Shown: positions 17,184 to 27,171, counted from the first letter of the stretch. The stretch is 33,206 nt of DNA from Candidatus Methylomirabilota bacterium (GCA_046726415.1 JBKPAK010000120.1:1-33206); one strand, 5' to 3'. Notes: generated by a model from the sequence alone, not told the origin. Numbers and translations: made by a program.

Positions 17184-19421
17184 TCACCCGGCGTCGCGCA
17201 GGCGGAGGGCGAGGATCTGCCGCTCGTCATCGTTGCCGCCGAGACAGACCACGAGGCGTGCGGCGTCTCGGTAGTAGCGCTCGACCGGGAACTCCGTGGT
17301 GTACCCGTAGCCTCCGTGGATTCGCATGGCCTCCAGCGTGGCGTCGGCGGCGACCTCGGAGGCGAAGAGCTTGGCCAGCCGGATCCCGGTGTCGTCGCCC
17401 CCGCCGTCGAACTGCCGGGCCCCGTCGTAGGCCAGGAGGCGCGCCGCGGTAATCGCGGTGGCCATATCGGCGAGCTTGAGTTGCACCGCCTGGTGCTGGC
17501 AGATCGGCTTGCCGAAGGTGGAGCGCTGCTGCGAGTAGCGCAAGGCGGCCTCGAAGGCAGCCTGGGCCACGCCGATCGCCATGGCCGCCGCGCCGAGGCG
17601 GGCTAGGGCCCCCGCGGCGTCCATGGGACCGTCGCGGCGATCGCCTCCGCCATCGACTTCGACGAGTGCGTCGGCGTTCACCCGCACGTCGTCGAAACGG
17701 ACATCGCCGAGGTCGAGGCCGCGCATGGCAAGCGTCGGTCCGCTCGGCTCGAGGGCCAGGCCAGGGGTATCGCGCGGGACGAGGAAGCTCGACGGAGCAC
17801 CGTCGGCCGTGGCGCCAACCAGCAAGAGGGTGGCGTGGCCCGTGTTTTCCACGAAGGGAACGCGTCCAGCGAGGCACCACTGCTCGCCGGTGCGAAGGGC
17901 GGTCACCGGTCCGACGCCGAAGACGAGCGTGGCCAGGACGTCGCCTCGCGTCAGCGGGGGCAGCATCCGCGCGCGCTGGCGGGGATGCCCGTGGCGGGCC
18001 ACGACGTGGGTCGCGGCCAGGTGCGCGGTGGCGATGCCAGCCAGGGCGGCCGAGCCGCGGGCTAGCTCCTCGAGAATCATAGCGCACGTCTCGAGATCGA
18101 GTCCGAGGCCCCCGTCCTCCGGGGCGGCGGTGGCGCCGAGCACGCCCAGATCAGCGAGCTGTGCGAGCGGCTCGGCGGGATACGCGTCACTCGCGCGCGC
18201 CAGGGGAACTACCGTCTTCTCGACGAACTGGCGCACCGCGAGCACGATCTGCCGGCGGTCCTCGCATTCGCTCTCGCGCGAGGTGAGAGCGCCCAGCCGC
18301 TCGCCGTATCGTTCCAGGAGATGGCGCGCGATGATAGTCCGCTGGATCTCGTTGGTGCCCTCACCGATGATCATGAGCGGCGTGTCGCGGTAGTGGCGCT
18401 CGATGGTCGACGTCGCGAGCTGACCGGCCTCTCGGTGTAACTGCAACGAGGCGGTCGCCACGACATGGGCCGCCTCCGAGGCGAACAGCTTCGCCATGCC
18501 GGCCTCGAGGTCGCAGCGCTCGGCCCGATCTTTCATGCCGGCCGCCCAGTAGGTCGCCAGACGCCCGGCCCGTAGGCGGGCGGCCATGTCCGCAAGTCGC
18601 GGCGAGGGCGCCTCCGGCGATCGCCGAGCCTGGGTCAAGGCGTCGTCCCACGCGGCCTGGGCCACCCCCACCGCCCGGGCCGCGATGTTGATGCGTCCAG
18701 TCTCCAGCGCGCTCATCACGTGCTGGAACCCGCGTCCCGTCACGCCGCCCACGAGATTGGACGCGGGGACGGCGAACTCCTCGAAGAGCAGCTCGGCTGT
18801 GTCGACACCCTTGTAGCCGAGTTTGCTGATCGATTTGACGACGGTGAGGCCGGGGGCCTCCTTTTCCACGATGAAGCACGACATGCCGCGATGGCGAGGC
18901 TGGGCGGCGGGATCGGTGAGGGCCAGCAGGGCAAACGTGTTGCCCTCGCGCCCGTTGGTCACGAACATCTTGGTCCCGGAGATCAGATAGTCGTCGCCCC
19001 GGCGGCGCGCGACGGTGCGAATCGCCTGCACGTCGGAGCCGGCGTGAGGCTCGGTGAGGCAGAGTCCGCCGCGGGCATCGCCTCGCGCAAAGCGCGGAAG
19101 CAGGCGCTCCCGTTGCTCTTCAGTGCCGTGGTGGAGCACGATCAGGGCGGCCATGGTGTGGCTGTTGAGGACACCGGCCAGGGACATCCAGCCCCGGCAC
19201 AGCTCCTCGATGACCATCGCATACGTAGTCACGTCCAGGCCTAACCCGCCATAGCGGGCGGGCACCAGCGCGCCGAAGAGGCCCAGCTCATGCATGCGCG
19301 TCACCAGGCCGTGTGGGTACTGGTCGGCATGCTCGAGCGCCGACGCGGCCGGCCGGACGTCGCGGTCGACAAATTCCCGCACGGCCAGCGCGATGGGCGG
19401 CAGAGAGACCGCGGTGCTCAT
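17184..19421 (-). CDS. Tandem (two-domain) acyl-CoA dehydrogenase
   Basis: About 745 aa with two ACAD repeats; TEPHAGSD, KMFVTNG and GEGTNEIQR in the first; QRSTFGKPI and HGGYGY in the second. Confidence 0.88.
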   Translation of the reverse strand: MSTAVSLPPIALAVREFVDRDVRPAASALEHADQYPHGLVTRMHELGLFGALVPARYGGLGLDVTTYAMVIEELCRGWMSLAGVLNSHTMAALIVLHHGTEEQRERLLPRFARGDARGGLCLTEPHAGSDVQAIRTVARRRGDDYLISGTKMFVTNGREGNTFALLALTDPAAQPRHRGMSCFIVEKEAPGLTVVKSISKLGYKGVDTAELLFEEFAVPASNLVGGVTGRGFQHVMSALETGRINIAARAVGVAQAAWDDALTQARRSPEAPSPRLADMAARLRAGRLATYWAAGMKDRAERCDLEAGMAKLFASEAAHVVATASLQLHREAGQLATSTIERHYRDTPLMIIGEGTNEIQRTIIARHLLERYGERLGALTSRESECEDRRQIVLAVRQFVEKTVVPLARASDAYPAEPLAQLADLGVLGATAAPEDGGLGLDLETCAMILEELARGSAALAGIATAHLAATHVVARHGHPRQRARMLPPLTRGDVLATLVFGVGPVTALRTGEQWCLAGRVPFVENTGHATLLLVGATADGAPSSFLVPRDTPGLALEPSGPTLAMRGLDLGDVRFDDVRVNADALVEVDGGGDRRDGPMDAAGALARLGAAAMAIGVAQAAFEAALRYSQQRSTFGKPICQHQAVQLKLADMATAITAARLLAYDGARQFDGGGDDTGIRLAKLFASEVAADATLEAMRIHGGYGYTTEFPVERYYRDAARLVVCLGGNDDERQILALRLRDAG

Positions 19422-19450
19422 CGCGATCCGATAATACAATGGCGTCGTCG

Positions 19451-21061
19451 ATGGCTCTGGATGACCTCCCGCTCGCAGTCCAGCGCGGCATCGATCGCCT
19501 GATTCGTCGCCTGCGGCTGGGACCGGCGCCAGCGCCGAGCCGACCGCACTTCCTGATCGTGCAGATCGACGGACTCTCGCGCTCCGTACTGGAGCAGGCG
19601 ATGGCCGCCAGGGGCATGCCGTTCCTCCAGCGGCTGCTCCGCCAGGGGCTGTCGCTGCGGCCAATGGCGGTTGGCATGCCCACCTCGACGGCGGCGTTCC
19701 AGATGGCGGCCATGTACGGCGTGCCCCCGGACATTCCTGGCTTCCACTACCACGACAAGCGCCGGCGGGCTGACGTCCACTTTCCTCGGCCTGGTCACGC
19801 CTCCGCGGTGGAGATCGAGCAGACTGCGGGGCGGATCGGCATGCTCAGTGGGGGCAGTGCCTACGGTTGCGTCTTCGCGGGTGGCGCCGTCCACGACCTC
19901 TATAGCTTCGCCCGGCTGACTCGGCCGACGGGGCAGGGCGTGCTGCGGGCCCTCTCGGCGTTCGTCGTGCTCGCCCACGTCTTCGTCAAGAGCCTCCTCC
20001 TCACCGTCGTCGAGCTGGTGCGCGTGATCCTCGGCGTGATCGCCAGCCCGGTCGGGGATGTGCGACGCGGCTGGCGGTGGCTCCTCATCAAGATCGGGAT
20101 CTCCGTGTGGCTGCGCGCGCTCTTCACTCTGTCGGCATCGCGCGATCTCTATGCGGGCGTCCCCGCGGTCTACGTGAATTACCTGGACTATGACGTGACC
20201 GCCCACGCCTTCGGGCCGGACAGCCGCCGCGCTCTTCGGTCCCTGCGCCGCATCGACCGCTCGATCCACCAATTGTGGCGAGTCCTTCGCCGGGTCCCGG
20301 AGCATCGATACGACCTCTACGTTTTGTCCGATCACGGGCAAGCGACGTGCGTGAACTATCGCGACCTCACCGGGGGCGCGCCGCTGGAGCGACGCCTGTT
20401 CAGCGAGTTCCTGGACCGCCAGGCCGCCGAGCCGGTCGCTCCCGACGTGCCCTCGGCCCCCGGCCTGCTCCGGCGATTGCTGGCGTATCGGCGAAGCGAG
20501 AAGGGGCTAATCCAGCGCTTTCTGAACTACCTCGAGGATGACGTGTTCGGCGAGCACAGCGCTTACGAACGCGGCGGGGTCCGGGTGATCTCGGCGGGGC
20601 CAAACGCGTTCGTGTACGTGCTCGACACGCCGGAGCCGCTCACCATCGAAGCGTTCGAGCGGCGCTTCCCGGGCGTGGCGGAGCAGATCTCACGAAGCCC
20701 AGGCATCGGCTTCGTGCTGGCCCGCTCAGCGCGCGGGCCGGTGTGCTTCTGGCGCGGCAAGCAATATGCGCTGGCCCCCGGCGAGCCAGGACCGTTCCGG
20801 GGACGCGAGGATGCCGAGCTGGTGAGGCAGGGAATCGTCGACCTCATGAACATGCCGAGGGCGGGCGATCTGGTGATCTACGGGATCGATGCTCCCGAGG
20901 GGCACGTGTCGTTCATTCCCGAGGTGGGGGCCCACGCCGGGCCTTCGCCCGACGAGCTGCACACCTTCATCATCGCTCCCTCCGGCGTCGGGCTCCCCCA
21001 TCCCATCACGCATCCGGTCCAGCTGTATTCACACTTCATGGCCTACCAGGAGCGCGCGTGA
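19451..21061 (+). CDS. Alkaline phosphatase superfamily / nucleotide phosphodiesterase-like membrane protein
   Basis: IVQIDGLS, PTSTAAFQ, YLDYDVTAH, VLSDHGQ and GAHAG metal-ligand motifs; central hydrophobic segment. Start is ATG 19439 or 19451. Confidence 0.82.
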   Translation: MALDDLPLAVQRGIDRLIRRLRLGPAPAPSRPHFLIVQIDGLSRSVLEQAMAARGMPFLQRLLRQGLSLRPMAVGMPTSTAAFQMAAMYGVPPDIPGFHYHDKRRRADVHFPRPGHASAVEIEQTAGRIGMLSGGSAYGCVFAGGAVHDLYSFARLTRPTGQGVLRALSAFVVLAHVFVKSLLLTVVELVRVILGVIASPVGDVRRGWRWLLIKIGISVWLRALFTLSASRDLYAGVPAVYVNYLDYDVTAHAFGPDSRRALRSLRRIDRSIHQLWRVLRRVPEHRYDLYVLSDHGQATCVNYRDLTGGAPLERRLFSEFLDRQAAEPVAPDVPSAPGLLRRLLAYRRSEKGLIQRFLNYLEDDVFGEHSAYERGGVRVISAGPNAFVYVLDTPEPLTIEAFERRFPGVAEQISRSPGIGFVLARSARGPVCFWRGKQYALAPGEPGPFRGREDAELVRQGIVDLMNMPRAGDLVIYGIDAPEGHVSFIPEVGAHAGPSPDELHTFIIAPSGVGLPHPITHPVQLYSHFMAYQERA

Positions 21062-21819
21062 AAGCTCTGGTTGTCGTCAGTTACAACATCCACAGGGGAA
21101 TGGGCCTCGATCGCCGGCGGGACCTGAACCGCATCGCTGCCGTCATCGAGGAGATGCAGCCGGACGTCATCGGCCTCCAGGAAGTGATCCGGGCTATCGG
21201 CTCGCCGGAGGCGGACCAGGCTGGCTACCTGGCGCGCCGGTTGGGGATGGAGCTGGTCATGGGGGTGACGCGTGAGCTCTCGAGCGGCCTCTATGGCAAC
21301 GTCGTCCTGACGCGGCTGCCCATCCTCGGCTCGGCGACCCTGGACTTGAGCCATGGCCGTCGCGAGCGCCGGGGAGCGGTCCGGGTCGATCTGGCCGCTG
21401 AGGGCGACACCGTTCACGTGTTCAACTGTCACTTCGGGCTCGCCTTCCGCGAACGCCGCCGACAGCTGGACATGCTGGGCGCCTTCATCGGCATCGCCAC
21501 GGGCCTGGCCGGGCCGCGCGTCCTGGTGGGTGACTTCAACGAGTGGCATCTCGGCCCCGTCACCCGGGGACTGCGCCGCGAATTCACGTCGCCTATGCGC
21601 CGGCTCCGTCGGACGCATCCATCCTTGTTTCCTCTCTTCGCGCTCGACCGGATCTACTGGGATGTGGACCTGGAGGGCGAGGAACTCCGCGCGCATCGGA
21701 GCCGGCTGGCCAAGATCGCCTCCGATCACCTGCCGCTGGTGGCCCGGCTGAAGCTCCGGCGCCGCCTGGCGCCCCGGCCCGGATACGTCGTCGGCGACGC
21801 GCTCCCGCCCCCCGAGTAG
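21058..21819 (+). CDS. Endonuclease/exonuclease/phosphatase (EEP, YbhP-like) protein
   Basis: GTGA overlap with the upstream gene; SYNIH, GLQEV, GDFNEW, LDRIY and ASDHLP. Confidence 0.9.
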   Translation: MKALVVVSYNIHRGMGLDRRRDLNRIAAVIEEMQPDVIGLQEVIRAIGSPEADQAGYLARRLGMELVMGVTRELSSGLYGNVVLTRLPILGSATLDLSHGRRERRGAVRVDLAAEGDTVHVFNCHFGLAFRERRRQLDMLGAFIGIATGLAGPRVLVGDFNEWHLGPVTRGLRREFTSPMRRLRRTHPSLFPLFALDRIYWDVDLEGEELRAHRSRLAKIASDHLPLVARLKLRRRLAPRPGYVVGDALPPPE

Positions 21820-21918
21820 CCTGATGGGCGGCATCGAACATCGGGATCGACGCGGTGAACCGATGGCCTCGCCCACACGATGGCGACGCGCAACCGCACG
21901 GGTCATGGGAGACGGGTG

Positions 21919-22000
21919 ACCGGGGACCGGTTCCATCGCGGCTTCATCGCCGCCACCAGCGTGGTTCACCGAGTGCCCCTGGTGACGCGAGATGCGCGCC
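21919..22000 (+). pseudogene. Fragment of a PIN/VapC toxin C-terminus
   Basis: GDRFHRGFIAATSVVHRVPLVTRD resembles the PIN C-terminal pattern DxxDxxIAATA...LVTRD. Confidence 0.5.
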
Positions 22001-22019
22001 GCTGGCCTCCTGAGCCGCC

Positions 22020-22350
22020 TCATCCCGTCAGCTCCTTCTTCAGTTCGTTGGGGAACCCAGTCGGTGCCCCTGCGCGATGATCTGCCGGGGACTGGACTCA
22101 ATCATCCCGATCTCGTGCAAGCGGAGGGCGGAGAAGCGCATCGAGCCTCGGGTTCGTACGCGCGCCACCGATGCCGGCCACCAGCGGGCCGAGGAACACA
22201 TCGATCCTGCCCTCAAGAGCCGGATGAACTACGCCACATCGGTGAAGCCTCTCGCCTGAGGAGGTGTTCGTACTGCGGGGCCCAGCAGGTTCTGCCCTGT
22301 TCCCTGAAAGAGCCTCCGCTTCGGATGGCGGCTCCGCTGCGACCGGTGCT
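22020..22350 (-). pseudogene. Heavily decayed NitT/TauT-type ABC substrate-binding protein gene
   Basis: Frame-broken blocks AAEPPSE, CWAPQY..LL..GFTDV, EGRIDVFLG, WRAYEPE, MRFSALRLHEIGMIESSPRQIIAQG and TDW..NELKKELTG*; family recognised from memory. Confidence 0.6.
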
Positions 22351-22452
22351 GGTCGCGCTCCCGCAGGCGCTACCGTCCCCGCGAGTCTGACCGCAGCCCC
22401 CTGAGGGCCTCAGGGCTCAGGGTGATCGAGATAGCCTGGCGAGGTCGAGCGA

Positions 22453-23190
22453 CTACAAGCCGAGGTAGGCGCGCTTGAGGCGCTCGTCGCCCAGCAATTC
22501 GCGGCCCGGTCCGGCCAGAACGAGCTTGCCGCTCTCCAGCACGAAGGCGCGGTGGGCAATCGTCAGGGCCTGGCGCACGTTCTGCTCGACGAGCAGAATC
22601 GTGACCCCGTCGGCGTTGATGGCCTTCACAGTGTCGAAGATGCGCGAGACCAGCACGGGGGCGAGACCGAGGGTTGGCTCGTCCAGCATGAGCAGGCGGG
22701 GCCGGGACATGAGGGCGCGACCGATGGCGCACATCTGTTGCTCGCCGCCCGAGAGAGATCCGGCGAGCTGGACCCCGCGCTCGCGCAGCACGGGGAAGAG
22801 CGAGTACACGTAGTCGAGCGTGGTGACCGCGGCGGCCCGCGCGTGCTCGGGGTGGGCGCCGAGCAGGAGGTTCTCGCGCACCGTCATGAAGGGGAAGAGG
22901 CGACGCCCCTCTGGGACCTGAACGATCCCCAGCTCGACGCGGCGGTGGGCGGAGATGCTGCCGAGATCCCCATCGGTGAAGAGCACGCGCCCATGGCGGG
23001 GCGCCACCAGACCGGAGATGACCCGCAGTGTGGTGGACTTGCCGGCGGCGTTGGCGCCCACGAGGGCGATGATCTCTCCCTCGCGCACCTCGAGGGAGAC
23101 GTCGAAGAGCGCCTGGAGATCGCCGTAGAACGCGTCGATGCCCTCGAGCTTCAGGACGAGAGGACCCCCTGGGCTCTCGAGCCTCAGCAC
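22453..23190 (-). CDS. livF: Branched-chain amino acid ABC transporter ATPase
   Basis: GANAAGKS, VPEGRRLF, LSGGEQQM and LDEPTLGLAP. Confidence 0.93.
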   Translation of the reverse strand: MLRLESPGGPLVLKLEGIDAFYGDLQALFDVSLEVREGEIIALVGANAAGKSTTLRVISGLVAPRHGRVLFTDGDLGSISAHRRVELGIVQVPEGRRLFPFMTVRENLLLGAHPEHARAAAVTTLDYVYSLFPVLRERGVQLAGSLSGGEQQMCAIGRALMSRPRLLMLDEPTLGLAPVLVSRIFDTVKAINADGVTILLVEQNVRQALTIAHRAFVLESGKLVLAGPGRELLGDERLKRAYLGL

Positions 23191-23208
23191 GGGAGGATCC
23201 TTCCGCCC

Positions 23209-23934
23209 TCAAGCCTCGGCAAGGGAGAAGTCTTCGCCGAGATACGCGTCGACCACGCGGCGGTCGTTGGCGATCTCGGCCGGCGTGCCCTCGGCGATGC
23301 GCTCGCCGTGATGCAGGACCACGATGCGCTGGGCCAGCCGCATCATGGCCGCCATGATGTGCTCGATGACGACGAGGGTGAGACCCTGGGCATGCAGCCG
23401 TCGGATCAGCTCGATCATGCCGGCCAGCTCGGTGGGGTTGACTCCCGACATCACCTCGTCGAGGAGGAGCAGGCGGGGTCGAGTGGCCAGGGCGCGCGCG
23501 ACCTCCAGACGCTTCCTGAGCCCGACGGGCAACGCCTTGGCGCGAGCCGCGGCGTGGGCGGTCAGGTCACAGATATCAATCATCCGTTCGGCTTCCCCCC
23601 GAGCCTCCCGCACGCTGGGCAGGCGGGTGAGAGCGCCAATGGTCACGTTCTCCAGCACCGACAGGTTGCCGAAGGGCTTGACGATCTGAAAGGTCCGCGT
23701 GAGGCCACGCCGGCAGATGAGGTGCGGCGCTTGCCCGGTGATGTCGTGACCGTCGAGGCGGATGCGCCCCTCCTCGGGACGGTAGTAGCCGGAGATCACG
23801 TTGAAGAGCGTGGTCTTCCCGGCGCCATTGGGGCCGATGATGCCGAGGAGATCGCCCTGGTGCACCTCCAGGTTTACCGCGCGAACGGCGGTGAGGCCGC
23901 CGAAGCGCTTGGTCACGCCGTCCAGTGTCAGCAT
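23209..23934 (-). CDS. livG: Branched-chain amino acid ABC transporter ATPase
   Basis: FGGLTAV, GPNGAGKTT, RTFQ, LLLDE, IEH and AYLG. Confidence 0.93.
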   Translation of the reverse strand: MLTLDGVTKRFGGLTAVRAVNLEVHQGDLLGIIGPNGAGKTTLFNVISGYYRPEEGRIRLDGHDITGQAPHLICRRGLTRTFQIVKPFGNLSVLENVTIGALTRLPSVREARGEAERMIDICDLTAHAAARAKALPVGLRKRLEVARALATRPRLLLLDEVMSGVNPTELAGMIELIRRLHAQGLTLVVIEHIMAAMMRLAQRIVVLHHGERIAEGTPAEIANDRRVVDAYLGEDFSLAEA

Positions 23935-23983
23935 GGGCGGCAGGCGGCGCCGGACCCATTTCTGGGGATCGCAGGCCCGATCA

Positions 23984-24985
23984 TCAGGCCGGGCCGGCCG
24001 CCCGGGCGGCGCGGGCTCGGCTGAGTCGGCCGAGCCGCCAGCGATCGGCGAGACCCACCAGGCCTTCGGGGAAGAAGCGGACTACTACGATGAGGACCGC
24101 GCCGTAGAGAATCAGATAGATCCCGGTGAAGCCAGTCTTGAGCCCCGAGAACTGGGCGCGCAGGTAGGTCTCCACCGTCGTGATGAGAATGGACCCGAGA
24201 AAAGGGCCCAGCGCGGTGCCCGTTCCGCCGATGATGGTATTCAGCGCGAAGCGCACGGAGAGGTCGACGGAGAAGACGTACGCAGGATCGACGAAGCCGA
24301 TGTACTGCGCCCACAGGGAACCGCACACCGAAGTCAGTCCAGCGCTGGAGGCCACCGCCACGACTTTGAGACGCCGCGAGGCCACGCCGACAGCTTCGGC
24401 GGCGTCCTCGTCCTCACGCACTCCGGCGAGCTGAAGGCCCAGCCGCGACCGCTCGAGGTACACCTCGATGAAGTAATGGAGGACGGCCACGGCAAGCGCC
24501 ATGTACACCCACGCCACGTGGCCCAGGCCCAGGGTGGCGAAGCCGGGACGAAACGGAACAGGGATGCCTTCGGCTCCGGCCGTGAAGCCACGCCAGCGGC
24601 TCACCGCGATGAGGAGCACTTGGGAGAACGCGATGGTTGACAGGGCAAAGTACGGCCCTTTGAGGCGGTTGGAGAGGAAGCCGATGACCAGTCCCGCCGC
24701 CAGCGACAGCGCAACACCCAGCAGGATGCCAAGCCAGGGATTCCGCTCGAAGCGCGTCACCATGAGCGCGGCGGAGTAGGCCCCGATCCCGAAGAACGAG
24801 GCGTGCCCGATGGAGACCTGGCCCGCGTAGCCGCCCGCGACGTTCCAGGCCGCCGACAGGGCGCCCCACAAGAGGATCAGAACGAGGCTGTCGAGGAAGA
24901 AGGCGTCGCGGACGGCGAGAGGTGTGAGGGCGGCCAGCCCGAACAGGACGAGCGCGCCGCGACGGCGCGCGAACAGCTCGCGCAT
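23984..24985 (-). CDS. livM: Branched-chain amino acid ABC transporter permease
   Basis: WNVAGGYAGQVSIGH, RLKGPYFAL, REDEDAA and GGTGTALGP. Confidence 0.92.
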   Translation of the reverse strand: MRELFARRRGALVLFGLAALTPLAVRDAFFLDSLVLILLWGALSAAWNVAGGYAGQVSIGHASFFGIGAYSAALMVTRFERNPWLGILLGVALSLAAGLVIGFLSNRLKGPYFALSTIAFSQVLLIAVSRWRGFTAGAEGIPVPFRPGFATLGLGHVAWVYMALAVAVLHYFIEVYLERSRLGLQLAGVREDEDAAEAVGVASRRLKVVAVASSAGLTSVCGSLWAQYIGFVDPAYVFSVDLSVRFALNTIIGGTGTALGPFLGSILITTVETYLRAQFSGLKTGFTGIYLILYGAVLIVVVRFFPEGLVGLADRWRLGRLSRARAARAAGPA

Positions 24986-25866
24986 TAGACGCCGAGGGTC
25001 TCGGCGCCCCGCTGGCCGAACAGTCCGGCCGGCCGAAACACCAGCACGAGGATGAACAGAATGAAGTAGAAGATCTCCTTCCAGGCGGCGCCGAGCACAT
25101 ACGATCCCCCCACTTCCACCGCGGCCACGATGAGGCTGCCCAGCATCGCGCCCACCATGTCACCCAGCCCGCCCAGGACGACCACGACGTAGGCGAGCAG
25201 GACGAACTGGAGGCCGGCCGTGGGGTACACCGCATAGAGCGGGGCCATCAGAACTCCGGCCGCCCCGACGGCGGCGATACCGATGGAGAAGGTGAGCCGG
25301 TACACGCGGTCGGTGTCGATGCCCACCAAGGTCGCGGCGTCCCGATCCTGGGCCGTGGCACGCATCACGCGCCCCGTATGCGTCCACTTCATGAAAGCGA
25401 AGAGGGCGATGGTCAGGGCCACTGCGATGAGGAACGCCACCACCTGGGACAGGTTGAACGTCGTACCGGCGGCCCGGATGACCACATAGAGCTCCCAGGG
25501 CCGCACGTAGCGGAAGTCGCCGGTCCAGGCCACGAGCGCGGCGTTCTGGAGCAGAATGGACAGTCCGAACGTGGTGAAAATCTGGACGTTGTGCGAGGCG
25601 TGGATGACCCCGCGCATCACCAGCAGGTAGCTCACGAGCCCGGCCAGGAAGAAGAGCGGGATGGAGACGACAAGGACGAGGTAGGGATCGAGGGCCAGGA
25701 CGGTGAAGGCCCAGTAGGCGAGGTACATGCCGAGCATCAGGTACTCGCCGTGGGCGAAATTCACCACGCGCATGACGCCGAAGATGAGGGTGAGCCCGAC
25801 CGCCACCAGCGCGTAGATTCCCCCCAGGAGGACCGTCGACACGATGAGCTGGGCGAGCGTGTCGAT
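24985..25866 (-). CDS. livH: Branched-chain amino acid ABC transporter permease
   Basis: GLTLIFGVMRVVNFAHG, GRVMRATAQD and VVLGGLG. Start is either ATC 25866 (RBS-supported) or GTG 25842. Confidence 0.9.
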   Translation of the reverse strand: MDTLAQLIVSTVLLGGIYALVAVGLTLIFGVMRVVNFAHGEYLMLGMYLAYWAFTVLALDPYLVLVVSIPLFFLAGLVSYLLVMRGVIHASHNVQIFTTFGLSILLQNAALVAWTGDFRYVRPWELYVVIRAAGTTFNLSQVVAFLIAVALTIALFAFMKWTHTGRVMRATAQDRDAATLVGIDTDRVYRLTFSIGIAAVGAAGVLMAPLYAVYPTAGLQFVLLAYVVVVLGGLGDMVGAMLGSLIVAAVEVGGSYVLGAAWKEIFYFILFILVLVFRPAGLFGQRGAETLGV

Positions 25867-25896
25867 AGGGTCAGCGCTCCGCGCGCGTCGGCTCGC

Positions 25897-27171
25897 CTAT
25901 TTCCGCTGGTCCCAAGCGGGCAGGGGGATCCACTTGGCCCGGAGCGTGGAGAACTCCTCCGGCCACACCGTCACCAGCTGCCCGTTTTGCCACTGCAGCA
26001 TGTAGTGCTGCACCCGCTCGTTGGCATTCTGGCCGATCTCGGAGAACTTGATGCCCCAGCCGTTCATGATCGACCCCACCGGCAGGTCCAGCGACAGCAC
26101 CGCCGCGCGGAACTTCTCAGGGTCGTCGCTGCCCGCGCGGTCCAGCGCAAGCTTGAGAATCCAGAGACCGCTGCCGGCCAGCTGGTGCCCACCGAGGGGG
26201 ATGCCCCCCGTCCGCTTCTGGACGGCGTCGCGGAAGGCCTTCTCGACGGCTTGCCCCGCAGGTGGCAGGGCCTCGATGCGGAAGCCCGGCCCGGGCTCGA
26301 GCAGGGCGAACACGCCATTGGCATCGTTGCCGAGTGCCTTGCCGAAGTCGGCCCCGCCGTAGCCGGTGGCCCCCGCATGCACGAGGGCCTTGAACATGAA
26401 GTTCTGTTCGCGCGACTGACGCCAGAAGAGCACGGCGTCATTGCCGAAGCCGATGTGATGGACGATATCGGGCTGGAGCTGCTTGAGCTTCAGGACCACC
26501 GGGGTCATGTCGTTGATGGTGGTCCAGTTGTAGTACTCGAGGGCCACCTCCTGCATGCCGAACTCCTGCTTGGCGCGCTGGCGCGCCGACTCGGTCACGC
26601 CCTGGCCATACGACGAGTCCTCGCTGAGGAAGGCGATCTTCAGCTGATTCGGCTGGATGTTGAAGCGCGGCACCAGGTGCTTGGCGATGAACTCGACGTT
26701 GTACCAGCCGAACCCGGTGGCGTCGATCTCCGTCCGATAGACGTTCTTCAGCCCTCGCTTGTTGAAGCGCGGGTCCACGCAAGAGCTTTCCCAGTAGATG
26801 ACGTTGTGGCGCGCGGCCGCCTCACTGGCCGCGCCGCAGAGGCGCGAGGAGAACGTGCCGGTGATGATCTTCACGCCCTCGCGGGTGATCAGGCGGTTCG
26901 CCTCCGAGGCGGCGGCGGTGGGATCGGTGGCGTCGGCCACGGCGAAGACGAGCTTTTTGCCCATCACCCCGCCGCGCTCGTTGATCATGTCGCGGACGAT
27001 CTCGTACCCCTCCAGATGCCGCTTGCCTTCGAAGGCGAGGGGCCCCGTCAAGGGCTCGAGGACGCCGATCTTGTATTCGCCAGAGAGCGTCTGGGCGCTG
27101 GTGCCGGCGATGAGGACCCCGAGCCCGAGAAGTAGGGCGAGGACGGTGGAGGCGATCCCTCGAATGCGCAT
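25897..27171 (-). CDS. ABC transporter substrate-binding protein (LivJ/K-like)
   Basis: AAGGAGG RBS and ATG 27171; signal peptide; KIGVLEPLTG and INERGGVMGKK. Confidence 0.92.
   Translation of the reverse strand: MRIRGIASTVLALLLGLGVLIAGTSAQTLSGEYKIGVLEPLTGPLAFEGKRHLEGYEIVRDMINERGGVMGKKLVFAVADATDPTAAASEANRLITREGVKIITGTFSSRLCGAASEAAARHNVIYWESSCVDPRFNKRGLKNVYRTEIDATGFGWYNVEFIAKHLVPRFNIQPNQLKIAFLSEDSSYGQGVTESARQRAKQEFGMQEVALEYYNWTTINDMTPVVLKLKQLQPDIVHHIGFGNDAVLFWRQSREQNFMFKALVHAGATGYGGADFGKALGNDANGVFALLEPGPGFRIEALPPAGQAVEKAFRDAVQKRTGGIPLGGHQLAGSGLWILKLALDRAGSDDPEKFRAAVLSLDLPVGSIMNGWGIKFSEIGQNANERVQHYMLQWQNGQLVTVWPEEFSTLRAKWIPLPAWDQRK

Noticed and set aside
22552-27135. Long plus-strand ORFs (22552..24024, 25378..27135) and similar shadows elsewhere (6154..7290, 7917..8972, 15204..16619)
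   Set aside because: Antisense shadows of well-supported genes, expected in high-GC DNA.
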